A stretch of 60,581 nucleotides of DNA, taken from positions 1 to 60,581 of the forward strand of contig CACJPC010000004.1 in the NCBI GenBank assembly GCA_902595195.1, read 5' to 3'. Under the pieces are notes generated by a model that saw only the letters and a program-made list of their open reading frames with translations, did no database searches and had not been told where the DNA came from. Both the position numbers and the translations under genes were made by a program. The stretch is from an uncultured Candidatus Actinomarina sp. (GTDB lineage Bacteria > Actinomycetota > Acidimicrobiia > Actinomarinales > Actinomarinaceae). Shown here piece by piece: positions 1 through 8,840 of the stretch. Numbering within the stretch: position 1 is the first letter of the stretch; each line of letters starts with the position of its first letter.

Positions 1-1
1 A

Positions 2-232
2 ATGAAATATGTTGTAAACACGGTGTGGAATCATCCAAATGATATAGATTGGGATCGCATGAAAGAAGGATTAGAAAAATTAAGAGATGATGAGGGTGCT
101 GCAGAAGAAGTTACATGGTTCGAGATAGATGCCACTACACATGGTTCTGTTGCAGTTTATAGTTCACAAGAAAAATACGAACAATACAAATCAAAATTAG
201 AAGAATATAGAAAAGATCAACTGGACTTCTGA
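2..232 (+). CDS. Hypothetical protein (76 aa, at window edge)
   Basis: ATG-started ORF with protein-like composition; no family recognised. Confidence 0.6.
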   Translation: MKYVVNTVWNHPNDIDWDRMKEGLEKLRDDEGAAEEVTWFEIDATTHGSVAVYSSQEKYEQYKSKLEEYRKDQLDF

Positions 233-649
233 TAAGAAGATTTCTAGCTGGTTACATTTTTTTAAGTATAGTTGTACAATTTATTGGCGAAATTTCAAAA
301 GGAGAATTCTCTGGCAGATCTTTGGATGATCTTTTTTTTGGTTTATTGATTGTTTTTTTTCTAGCATTCTATTCCCGTAAAAAAAAAGGTAAATCAAGAA
401 CCAGGAGAAGAACTTAAGAAGCCAACAATAAATACAAATTATGAAGAAACAGAAGATATTGATATATTAGATCAAGAAGACACTCAAAGTTACGATGACG
501 ATATTGAAATTGAGAATTTAGAAACTCAAATAGATGAGGTTGAGATAAAATATGAAGATGTTAATCCGCCTTCTGGATATAACCCGGTTAAAGATAATGA
601 AGGAATATTTTCAAAATTATTTAGAGGTAGAAATAACCGATACGGTTAA
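229..649 (+). pseudogene. Frameshifted membrane protein (two N-terminal hydrophobic segments, acidic tail), apparent CTG start
   Basis: CTG at 229-231 overlaps the upstream TGA. Frame reads IRRFLAGYIFLSIVVQF...LFFGLLIVFFLAFYSRKK. Removing one A from the A9 run at 379-387 continues as VNQEPGEELKK...RNNRYG to TAA 647-649. Confidence 0.55.
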
Positions 650-664
650 TTAAGGAAAATAAGT

Positions 665-2014
665 TTGAACTTTTTTGATATTGCAATACTGCTTTTTACT
701 TTGGAATTAATTTTTAATAAATATATTTCAGAAAAAGTATTTTTGTATTCTCTATATCTTGCAGTAGTAACGGCTATTGCACAAATATTTACAGTTGGTT
801 ACAAGTGGCAATACATGCCTATTTATTTTCTTATATGTCTATATGCTGTTAAATACACTTTTAAGTTTTCACTCTCTACAACATTTCTGAAATACACAAG
901 TAGTCTGATTATTGGTATTACTTACATAACGTCATTTTTAATTATTTACTATCTACCAATTCCTGAATTTAATATTGAAGATAAAAAGTATTCAGTGGGT
1001 TATGAGCAGATTCATATAATTTCAAACCAACGTACTCAACCAAAGGCGTTTGTTGAAATTAGTAACTTAAATATAAATAGTAATCGAGAACTATTAGTAG
1101 ATATTTACTACCCAAGTAATGATCCCACAGAACCAATCCAATTATTTAGGAATGCTTCGACAAACTGGGGAGAAACTGTAATACATTATTTAAATAGAAC
1201 TTGGAATATCAATTTGCCAACTTTTCTATTTAGTCATTTAAATTTATCATTTCTAGATGTCAGTATGGGCTTGGAACCTATTAATAAAAACATTCCTGTG
1301 GTCATATATACACACGGTTGGGCAGGTGAAAAAATATTTGCAACAGACCAGCTGATAAACATTGCATCACAGGGTTATTTAGTGGTAGCTCTAGACCACA
1401 CAGGTTTAGCTATGTTTACTGAGCTTCCTAGTGGAACTATCTACAACACCGGTTCAACGGAGGCCTCTACAAAAGTTTTTGATGTTATGAAAGAAATGTC
1501 AATAGACATACAAGATACTGTAAACCATTTAGACAACTTAAATTATCAAATTAATTTAGATGATGTTTCTATTATTGGACATTCAACTGGTGGTGGTTCA
1601 GCATATTTATACTGTCAAACTAATAAATGTTCAACGATTATTCTTCAAGATCCATTCTTTGTGCCAGTAATTGAAGAGCTTGGAAATATTGAACTTAATA
1701 CAAAAAGTTATTTTATTTATAGTCAAGATTGGTATGAAGGCTATGAAGATCAAGAATCAATTAGTGAAATTGAAGTTTATAGAAAATATACAATAAATAA
1801 AGACTACGCAGAAGGATTCTATCTTACTAACTCAGCACACTATGATTTCGTTGCTTTTGGAGCTATTAGTCAATTGACGAGCTACACATTTTTGAAGGGA
1901 ACAATAAATTATGAGGATTCTCTAAAAACCAATAATTATTTTAATTTAACTGCATTAAGAAATAGTGAAATGATTGAAACAGAGTTTCTGAAACTAATAA
2001 AAGACTCAAACTAA
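665..2014 (+). CDS. Membrane-anchored alpha/beta hydrolase (PAF-acetylhydrolase-like)
   Basis: N-terminal TM helices, PVVIYTHG, GYLVVALDH, GHSTGG nucleophile elbow, AHYDF. Confidence 0.8.
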   Translation: MNFFDIAILLFTLELIFNKYISEKVFLYSLYLAVVTAIAQIFTVGYKWQYMPIYFLICLYAVKYTFKFSLSTTFLKYTSSLIIGITYITSFLIIYYLPIPEFNIEDKKYSVGYEQIHIISNQRTQPKAFVEISNLNINSNRELLVDIYYPSNDPTEPIQLFRNASTNWGETVIHYLNRTWNINLPTFLFSHLNLSFLDVSMGLEPINKNIPVVIYTHGWAGEKIFATDQLINIASQGYLVVALDHTGLAMFTELPSGTIYNTGSTEASTKVFDVMKEMSIDIQDTVNHLDNLNYQINLDDVSIIGHSTGGGSAYLYCQTNKCSTIILQDPFFVPVIEELGNIELNTKSYFIYSQDWYEGYEDQESISEIEVYRKYTINKDYAEGFYLTNSAHYDFVAFGAISQLTSYTFLKGTINYEDSLKTNNYFNLTALRNSEMIETEFLKLIKDSN

Positions 2015-2015
2015 T

Positions 2016-2702
2016 TTAAAGAGCTTGATTTAATATCTCTTTACAGTGAAGTTCGACAGTATCAAAAACAGGCAATTCAACGTTCTCATTATTTAATAAC
2101 ATCCCAACCTCTGTGCAACCAAGTATCACTGAATCAGCCCCAATGTTTCTAACTTCTTGTGTAATCTGTAAAAATTTTTCTGTACTCTCCTCTGTTTTAA
2201 TATTTAGACACAGTTCATCATAAATTACTGAATGCAAAATATCTCTTGAAGCTTGTGGAGGAATAATTGGCTCAAGGCCATATTTTGAAAGTTTTAAAAT
2301 ATAAAAATCTTCTTCCATGGTAAATTTTGTTGCAAGAAGCGCAGGTTTTTTATATCTCTGATCAGAGATTATTTTTGCAGTTGCTTCAGCAATGTGTACA
2401 AATGGAATAGATACATTTTCCATCATTTGATCTGCTACTTTGTGCATTGTATTTGTACACAAAGCTAATATCTCTGCTCCGGCTTTTTGCAATTTTATTG
2501 CTTCTTTATTTAATGTCGAACCGAGATTCTCCCAATCATTTTGATGTTGTAATTTTTCTATATCTGAAAAATTTAATGAATTTAATATAATCTTTGGTGT
2601 TGTGAGATCTCCAAAATGCGTATTAGTCAGACTATTAAGCAATTCGTAATAAGTGACAGTAGATGTATATGACATACCACCTATAAGGCCTATTGTTTTC
2701 AT
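2016..2702 (-). CDS. Aspartate/glutamate racemase family protein (YgeA/RacX-like)
   Basis: IGLIGGMS, LCTNTMH, ILGCTE motifs. Confidence 0.9.
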   Translation of the reverse strand: MKTIGLIGGMSYTSTVTYYELLNSLTNTHFGDLTTPKIILNSLNFSDIEKLQHQNDWENLGSTLNKEAIKLQKAGAEILALCTNTMHKVADQMMENVSIPFVHIAEATAKIISDQRYKKPALLATKFTMEEDFYILKLSKYGLEPIIPPQASRDILHSVIYDELCLNIKTEESTEKFLQITQEVRNIGADSVILGCTEVGMLLNNENVELPVFDTVELHCKEILNQAL

Positions 2703-2727
2703 TATTTTTTAATTATATAATTATGTT

Positions 2728-3009
2728 GTGGAAAATTTACGTTTAGAAGGTACTGATTTTCAAATTTTGGTTTGGAAAGAGATTTCAAAAATACCATACG
2801 GTGAAACTAGAACTTATAAAGAATTAGCTATAGCTATCGGTAAACCAAACAGTTCAAGAGCAGTGGCCAATGCTTGTGGAAAAAACCCCCATGTGCCACT
2901 GATACCTTGTCATAGAGTTATCAGATCAGATGGTAAGTTAGGTGGTTATAGTGGAAAAGGTGGAATTAAAAAGAAAGCAGAACTTCTGAAGGCAGAGCAG
3001 GAAGGTTAA
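2728..3009 (+). CDS. ogt: O6-methylguanine-DNA methyltransferase, C-terminal-domain-only form
   Basis: IPYGETRTY, RAVANAC, IPCHRV active site. Confidence 0.88.
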   Translation: MENLRLEGTDFQILVWKEISKIPYGETRTYKELAIAIGKPNSSRAVANACGKNPHVPLIPCHRVIRSDGKLGGYSGKGGIKKKAELLKAEQEG

Positions 3010-3123
3010 CTACTTCCTCTTCCCAGTTCTATTTGTTCTAAAGTCAAGTCTCCCTTTACGTTTTTGCATATGTTTCTTTTTTCTTGCTTGCCTTCTCGCT
3101 TCAGTAACTTCTTTATCAACCAT
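3010..3123 (-). CDS. Small highly basic protein (37 aa, MVDKEVTEARRQARKKKHMQKRKGRLDFRTNRTGKRK)
   Basis: Manual translation; fills the gap between ogt and AKR; TAACAT -10-like box 6 nt before the ATG. Confidence 0.65.
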   Translation of the reverse strand: MVDKEVTEARRQARKKKHMQKRKGRLDFRTNRTGKRK

Positions 3124-3145
3124 GTAAATATGTTAGTGTTAGTAG

Positions 3146-4048
3146 ATGATTAATAGAACTAACCAACACGTACCAAACATTGGTCTTGGCACTTATAATA
3201 TGTCTCCAGAAGAAGCAGAAAAAATGACATACGAATCAATTATGTATGGATATAGACATATTGATACAGCAGCTGTGTATAGAAATGAAGAAGCTGTTGG
3301 AATTGGATTAAAGAAAGCAATGACAGAACTTAATTTAAATAGAGAAAACATTTTTGTTACAACAAAACTATGGCCAGGTGGACTAATGAAAGTTGATAGA
3401 GTTAAAAATTTTGAGGGTGTAATTAAATCATTTGAAAAAAGTTTGTTCAAACTAGGACTTGACTACATTGATTTGTATTTAATTCACTCACCCCATGCAA
3501 GGAAAAAAAGGATTGAACAGTGGCAGGCATTAATTGATATTAAAGAAAGAGGAAAAGTGAAACATATCGGAGTTTCTAATTGGGGTATTAATCACTTAGA
3601 TGAGTTAATCCAAAATAACCTTCCATTACCTGATGCAAATCAAATAGAGCTTCATCCATGGTCACAAAAACCAGAACTTGTTAATTATTTAAGAGAAAAA
3701 CATATTGATATAATTGCTTACAGCAGCTTGGTGCCATTATCAACTTGGAGACACAAAGATGGTGAAAACAGTAAAAAAACAACTGAATTACAATCGATTA
3801 GTGAGAGTCAAGATTCACCATTTAAGCAGTTATCAATTAAATACAATGTAACCGAAGCTCAATTTTTACTTAAATGGGCATTAGAACTTGGGTACTCCAT
3901 ACTCCCAAAAAGTATTGAATTAAATAGGATGGAAGAGAATTACAATTTAGATTTTTCTATATCTGAAATTGATATGGATTACATTGAAACTCTTGATCGT
4001 GGTGGAAGTATAACTTGGGAATATGGAGATCCCTTAGAAGTTATATAG
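3146..4048 (+). CDS. Aldo/keto reductase
   Basis: IGLGT, YRHIDTAAVY, FVTTKLW, DLYLIH, IGVSNW, NQIELHP, LPKS. Confidence 0.93.
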   Translation: MINRTNQHVPNIGLGTYNMSPEEAEKMTYESIMYGYRHIDTAAVYRNEEAVGIGLKKAMTELNLNRENIFVTTKLWPGGLMKVDRVKNFEGVIKSFEKSLFKLGLDYIDLYLIHSPHARKKRIEQWQALIDIKERGKVKHIGVSNWGINHLDELIQNNLPLPDANQIELHPWSQKPELVNYLREKHIDIIAYSSLVPLSTWRHKDGENSKKTTELQSISESQDSPFKQLSIKYNVTEAQFLLKWALELGYSILPKSIELNRMEENYNLDFSISEIDMDYIETLDRGGSITWEYGDPLEVI

Positions 4049-4057
4049 AAGATATAT

Positions 4058-4258
4058 ATGTTCTACATATTATTAACTGCAGCTTTTATTATTATTTTTT
4101 TTACAAATCTCATTAACAATATAAATAAAAAAGAAAATAATAATTGGTTGGATGATCTGCTAGTAAACAACTACAAAATATTTATCGGATTATTGTTTTT
4201 AATTTTCACTTTTATATTTTGGAGAAATAGTTGTTTCTTTATCTCATACAATTGTTGA
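4058..4258 (+). CDS. Small membrane protein
   Basis: Two hydrophobic segments, follows AKR. Confidence 0.5.
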   Translation: MFYILLTAAFIIIFFTNLINNINKKENNNWLDDLLVNNYKIFIGLLFLIFTFIFWRNSCFFISYNC

Positions 4259-4299
4259 TGAGAAGAACAACAAATTAATTCCTTAATAAAGCCAATAAT

Positions 4300-4542
4300 T
4301 TATAAAATCTTGAAATACTTAAGTGCACGTATTACCGAATAAACTGTAAAGAAGAAGACAACTATTGAGATTAAACCTTCAGAAATACTCAAATCTCTAG
4401 GAATATACAAAATTAAACTTATAAAAGCACAAACAGTCCAAAAAATAATATTTATCAACTGTGCTTTTTTTTCTTTACCATCTTGTGCGGCTTTAAATTT
4501 TTTAAATGATCTTGAAAAAAGTTCAGCTAATAGTTCAAACAT
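4300..4542 (-). CDS. Small membrane protein (2 TM)
   Basis: Hydrophobic C-terminal helices. Confidence 0.6.
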   Translation of the reverse strand: MFELLAELFSRSFKKFKAAQDGKEKKAQLINIIFWTVCAFISLILYIPRDLSISEGLISIVVFFFTVYSVIRALKYFKIL

Positions 4543-4604
4543 TAGTATGTACTATATCAAACCCTTTCTTGTTTTTCTATCAACCGGTCTAATATAATCA
4601 TTCT

Positions 4605-5435
4605 ATGAAAAGAATATACACTTTTGGTCACGAGCAGGTGGAGAGAAACATAACAGTAGGTGACATTATTGAAAATAAACAAAAAGGTATAAAAATGACC
4701 CAAGTGACTGCAGCTAATCAAGAAGAAGCTGAAATTATTTCACAGCAAAATATTGATATGATCATAACGGGAAGTGACTGGTACGAAGATGTTAGAAAAG
4801 GTGCACCTAAATCTTTTATTACAGCAGCATTGTTCGCTGGAAGATTTATTACTAATGAAGAAATACTGAGAGGTGCGTTTGAAGTAATGATGGCAGGAGC
4901 TGACTCAGTATTAACACCAAGGAGTTTTGATGTTGTTGAAATGTTAGCTAAGGAAGGCATGCAAGTACAAGGTCATGTTGGAATGGTTCCATCAATGGCA
5001 ACTAAGTATGGTGGAATAAGAACTGTAGGAAAAACTGCTGATGAAGCAATAACAATACTCAAAGATATGAAAAGACTTGAAGATGCAGGTGCTTTCGGTG
5101 CTGAGGTTGAGTGCGTAGCTGAAGATGCATTAATAGAAATTAAAAAACATACATCATTAGTAATAAATTCCCTTGGCTCAGGTTCTGGTGGAGATGTTAT
5201 GTTCTTATTTTTTGAAGACATTTGTGGTGAAACTTCTGGTATAAAAATGCCAAGACATGCAAAGTCATGGGGAAATGGTAACAAAATAAAAATAGAGTTA
5301 AACAATGAAAGATCTAATGCGATAAAAGGATTTAAAGACGATGTGGAGTCAGGAGAATATCCAAACAGTGACCATACTGTAGATATGTTACCTGGAGAAA
5401 AAGAAGCTTTGTTAGAAAAGCTAGATAATTTTTAA
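4605..5435 (+). CDS. panB: Divergent PanB-like (ketopantoate hydroxymethyltransferase family) protein
   Basis: GHVGMVPS, YGGIRTVGKTADEA, LEDAGAFGAEVECV, SLGSG, FEDICG, PRHAK. Confidence 0.75.
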   Translation: MKRIYTFGHEQVERNITVGDIIENKQKGIKMTQVTAANQEEAEIISQQNIDMIITGSDWYEDVRKGAPKSFITAALFAGRFITNEEILRGAFEVMMAGADSVLTPRSFDVVEMLAKEGMQVQGHVGMVPSMATKYGGIRTVGKTADEAITILKDMKRLEDAGAFGAEVECVAEDALIEIKKHTSLVINSLGSGSGGDVMFLFFEDICGETSGIKMPRHAKSWGNGNKIKIELNNERSNAIKGFKDDVESGEYPNSDHTVDMLPGEKEALLEKLDNF

Positions 5436-5582
5436 ATGAAAAACTGGCAAAAAATTGCAATTGCTGTTGGAATACTGGGTATAGGATATAATTTTTTTTT
5501 ACGATTTGATTCGCTACCCTACTATCAATTAATTGCGATAGTTGTTGGATTATTGTTTATTTTTCGTCAATTTAAGAAATAA
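5436..5582 (+). CDS. Small 2-TM protein (48 aa, MKNWQKIAIAVGILGIGYNF...)
   Basis: Manual translation; ATG directly after the panB stop. Confidence 0.55.
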   Translation: MKNWQKIAIAVGILGIGYNFFLRFDSLPYYQLIAIVVGLLFIFRQFKK

Positions 5583-6434
5583 TACAGGAGTGTCTTCTTT
5601 GTATTTTTTATATTCTTCTAAATGACCGTATCTCTCATCGGCAATTCGTTCCAGCATATTAACGCCACTCATACGTGTTAACAATATATATACAAATATT
5701 GGTGAGATAAGAGTTATGTACTCAATGCCAGTTAATGTATTTAAAGCTATAACAGCAATACCAGTCCAGAGTGTTATCTCGCCAAAATAATTGGGATGTC
5801 TTGATCTTGCCCACAAGCCTGTATGAATAAAGGATACGCTAGAATTATTTTCTTTTCTAAATATTCGTTTTTGATAATCAGCAATAGATTCAATAGTGAA
5901 TCCAGAGAGCCACAATGCCATACCAACCATTGCTAGAACAGGTAAAGTATCATCTTCAGGTGATAAGATTGCGATAATTGCTGCGCATGCGGTTAGTGCT
6001 ACCCACAGTGCTTGTCCAACCCAATATTGAAGAAACCAAAAAAAATGTGTTTTGGCTTTTTCGAACCTTACGTCTTTCCCGTCTTTTCTGACTCGTCTAA
6101 ATAAATATATCCCAAGTCTTGAAGCCCAAGCAATGACGTAAAAATAGATTATTGAATCAATTATTGTTTTATTTTCGACAGCAAAATATGCAACAGATAC
6201 CGTTGTAACATATGTCAAACTTCCAACTAGGTCATAATATTTTTCTGTTTTTAAAATAAAAGAAGGTATAAAAAAAATTATCTGTATCAATACAGCAATA
6301 ACCAAAATAAATGTAAATGCATTCATCCCTCTTATCTCAATATCAATATTTTGACCTGCAATATTTATTAAGCCTATGCAAATGAGGAAAGCAGTAATTG
6401 TAATAATGTTTTTAATCTGTCTAGTCATATCCAA
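5550..6434 (-). CDS. DUF1295 / steroid 5-alpha-reductase-like membrane protein
   Basis: WASRLG, GKDVRF, ESIADYQK, GLWARSRHPNYFGE. Confidence 0.88.
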   Translation of the reverse strand: MDMTRQIKNIITITAFLICIGLINIAGQNIDIEIRGMNAFTFILVIAVLIQIIFFIPSFILKTEKYYDLVGSLTYVTTVSVAYFAVENKTIIDSIIYFYVIAWASRLGIYLFRRVRKDGKDVRFEKAKTHFFWFLQYWVGQALWVALTACAAIIAILSPEDDTLPVLAMVGMALWLSGFTIESIADYQKRIFRKENNSSVSFIHTGLWARSRHPNYFGEITLWTGIAVIALNTLTGIEYITLISPIFVYILLTRMSGVNMLERIADERYGHLEEYKKYKEDTPVLFLKLTKNKQ

Positions 6435-6501
6435 ATTATATACGTATATTTGAGCTTACTTCTTAAACTAGTTACGACTTAACAATATTAATCTATATGT
6501 T

Positions 6502-6999
6502 ATGGAAGATAATTACTATGCATCAAACAATAACCATAAATTGTATATTAACTATTTTGATGCTCTTTATTTATTAAACATCGTATTTAAAGAGAACAAG
6601 AAGTTCGAATTTATAGACGCTTCTCACGTTGAGTCAATTTGGAATTCTATCGAATACAAATATCATAAATTTTGTGTCATAAAAGCATTCGAATATGAAT
6701 TGGGTGGATATGAAGTACAAATAGGTGATGAATACAAAGGTGTTTGCGATAATTTAGTTCCAAAAGAAAGTTCAAATATAACATATAACCCTCTTTCATA
6801 TGGTGGTAATCCCGACTTTAAAAAATCATATTGGAAGAGACGAGACAATGCATTGAACTCTTTTACAGAAGGTGACGAGAATTTAAATGAACATTATTAC
6901 ATTGCAGGGTTTGCTGAGAAATTTGATTATGAAAATAAAAAAATTCTTGGATTAAATACACCTTACGTTAATTTTGTAATTAATAAGAAAAATGAATAA
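6502..6999 (+). CDS. Hypothetical protein
   Basis: 165-aa ORF, no family recognised. Confidence 0.6.
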   Translation: MEDNYYASNNNHKLYINYFDALYLLNIVFKENKKFEFIDASHVESIWNSIEYKYHKFCVIKAFEYELGGYEVQIGDEYKGVCDNLVPKESSNITYNPLSYGGNPDFKKSYWKRRDNALNSFTEGDENLNEHYYIAGFAEKFDYENKKILGLNTPYVNFVINKKNE

Positions 7000-7003
7000 T
7001 TTG

Positions 7004-7077
7004 TGGGAGATACAAGATTTGAACTTGTGACCCCTTGCGTGTCGAGCAAGTGCTCTGCCAGACTGAGCTAATCTCCC
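7004..7077 (-). tRNA. tRNA-Val(GAC)
   Basis: GGGAGAT/ATCTCCC acceptor stem, anticodon arm CTTGC-TCGACAC-GCAAG, T-loop TTCAAAT; CCA not encoded. Confidence 0.93.
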
Positions 7078-7119
7078 GTATTTAGAAATATAGCATCATT
7101 TAGAAACTTTATAAATTGA

Positions 7120-7323
7120 TTATTTCTCTACAGTAATAATTCTTTTACCAAATCTCAGAAAAAGTCTTTCAACAATTTCGATCAGCAGGTTAAGAATCCA
7201 AAGGCCCAAATATATAGCTAAGAAAATTTGTATAAACTGCCACAAAATAAACACAATAATTCCGTAAACAAATATCCAGGTGATTGTGAATTTTAGTGAA
7301 TATATAGGTGACTGATTATTCAT
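7120..7323 (-). CDS. Small membrane protein
   Basis: Hydrophobic; start overlaps the SRAP stop. Confidence 0.65.
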   Translation of the reverse strand: MNNQSPIYSLKFTITWIFVYGIIVFILWQFIQIFLAIYLGLWILNLLIEIVERLFLRFGKRIITVEK

Positions 7324-7967
7324 TAAAACGGTACTTCTTCATATTTTCTTATTAGAGAATCATTATTGTTCTTTGGATTGTTCACTGCTCTATCTACTTT
7401 ATAAAATTCTATAGTATCGTATTCATACCCTAAAACCTCTGGGTAAATTTCTTCACTAGATAAATCAGACGTCCATATTTCTCTTTGTTCTTTTGTAAGC
7501 AGTAACGGAGATCTGTTATGTATAGTCTGTAATGAACTTACAGCTTCTCTTGTAATGATAGAAGTTTCGATATCACCACTACTTCTATTCCAATAAAGAC
7601 CGGCAGCAAACAATACATCTTCAGAGTTATCAAAAAAATAATATGGTTGCTTATTACCATCTTCATCTTTCCATTCGTACCATCCAGAGATTGGAATTAA
7701 ACATCTTGAGTTTTTAAATGCTGAAGTAAAAGTTTTTTTCTCAAGTAACGACTCATATCGTGTGTTAAACAAAGGCCTAGGATTAGATTGACTCTTTAAC
7801 CAGTCTGGAAAATATCCCCAGTTAGCAATTACTAAATTGTTATCAATTATGCATGGAGCTTGATTCTGTGGTGCTACGTTGAAATTCTGTTCGTATTCGA
7901 TTTCAGAAAAGTTATTTACAAACGACAGTTCGTCTTTTGCAATATCAATATAGTACCTTCCACACAT
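7323..7967 (-). CDS. SOS response-associated peptidase (SRAP/YedK/HMCES family)
   Basis: MCGRY N-terminus, NFNVAP, FNTRYE, RCLIPISGWYEW, IHNRSP. Confidence 0.92.
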   Translation of the reverse strand: MCGRYYIDIAKDELSFVNNFSEIEYEQNFNVAPQNQAPCIIDNNLVIANWGYFPDWLKSQSNPRPLFNTRYESLLEKKTFTSAFKNSRCLIPISGWYEWKDEDGNKQPYYFFDNSEDVLFAAGLYWNRSSGDIETSIITREAVSSLQTIHNRSPLLLTKEQREIWTSDLSSEEIYPEVLGYEYDTIEFYKVDRAVNNPKNNNDSLIRKYEEVPF

Positions 7968-7971
7968 GTAT

Positions 7972-8643
7972 TTATTGTAATAATGATGCGTCTATTGTGT
8001 CACCATCAGCGAATGTATGGTGTTCTTTATTGTATATAATGTGAACATTTTGTTTACCCAGTACGCTCAAATGTTCACCGTCTTTTATAAAATAAGTGTC
8101 TTTTTCTAAGCACAGCAATTTGTACCTTCCTCTGTTTAACATCTTTACTGTGTTTGAAATCCATGAATAGAAACTTTCACCATAATGAGGTATTACGATT
8201 GTTTTTGGTAAATAGTTTAAACCAACTCCTTTGATCATTTTCTCACCCATTATCATTGCTCCAGCACTGCAGCCAGCAATAATACCTCTACTTTCTAAGT
8301 TTTGAAGTTCATTAGAAAATTCAGAATCGTAGATAGAATCATATAAGTGATTAGGTGACCCACCAGAAAAGAAAACAAAATTTGCTTTTTTCATTTCTTG
8401 GATTACTGATTCTTTGTTCAAATCTTTATGATTTCTCGCATCTATATGCTGATGTTTGACATTTAAATTACCGAAATGTGCATTCGCTAAATTCTCCCAA
8501 TACAAAAGTCTTTCATCGGACTCTTTACCAGCAGCTGTTGAAAAAGTAAGTACATATGGAACTTCATCAAGATAATTTAAAAGTTTTTTATCTACATCAA
8601 GAATTGATGGTAGAAACTCTCCAGATCCTGTAATAGCAATCAT
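7972..8643 (-). CDS. Peptidase S51 / cyanophycinase-like protein
   Basis: ITGSGE, FFSGGSP, AGCSAGAM nucleophile, VIPHY. Real start is ATG at 8643; the track's N-terminal extension is tRNA sequence. Confidence 0.82.
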   Translation of the reverse strand: MIAITGSGEFLPSILDVDKKLLNYLDEVPYVLTFSTAAGKESDERLLYWENLANAHFGNLNVKHQHIDARNHKDLNKESVIQEMKKANFVFFSGGSPNHLYDSIYDSEFSNELQNLESRGIIAGCSAGAMIMGEKMIKGVGLNYLPKTIVIPHYGESFYSWISNTVKMLNRGRYKLLCLEKDTYFIKDGEHLSVLGKQNVHIIYNKEHHTFADGDTIDASLLQ

Positions 8644-8649
8644 AATTAT

Positions 8650-8723
8650 TGGAGGCGACGACCGGAATCGAACCGGTGTACAAGGTTTTGCAGACCTCTG
8701 CGTAGCCACTCCGCCACGTCGCC
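8650..8723 (-). tRNA. tRNA-Cys(GCA)
   Basis: GGCGACG acceptor, GAGGT-CTGCAAA-ACCTT anticodon arm, GGTTCGATTCC, U discriminator, encoded CCA. Confidence 0.95.
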
Positions 8724-8729
8724 GTGAAG

Positions 8730-8803
8730 AGCGGTAGAAGGGATTCGAACCCTCGACCTTCTCGTTGGCAACGAGACGCTCTAGCCAGCTGAGCTACTAC
8801 CGC
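8730..8803 (-). tRNA. tRNA-Gly(GCC)
   Basis: GCGGTAG/CTACCGC acceptor, TCTCG-TTGCCAA-CGAGA anticodon arm, GGTTCGAATCC. Confidence 0.95.
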
Positions 8804-8840
8804 ATTAGTAATATCTTAATTAATAATTAAAATAATAAAA

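Noticed and set aside
4250-4262. Cys-TGA-TGA at the end of ORF 4058..4258 as a second selenoprotein
   Set aside because: No redox-fold context, no downstream hairpin and tandem stops; an ordinary stop or a possible frameshift
8644-8709. N-terminal extension MATQRSAKPCTPVRFRSSPP of ORF 7972..8709
   Set aside because: It is the tRNA-Cys sequence read as protein; the real start is at 8643
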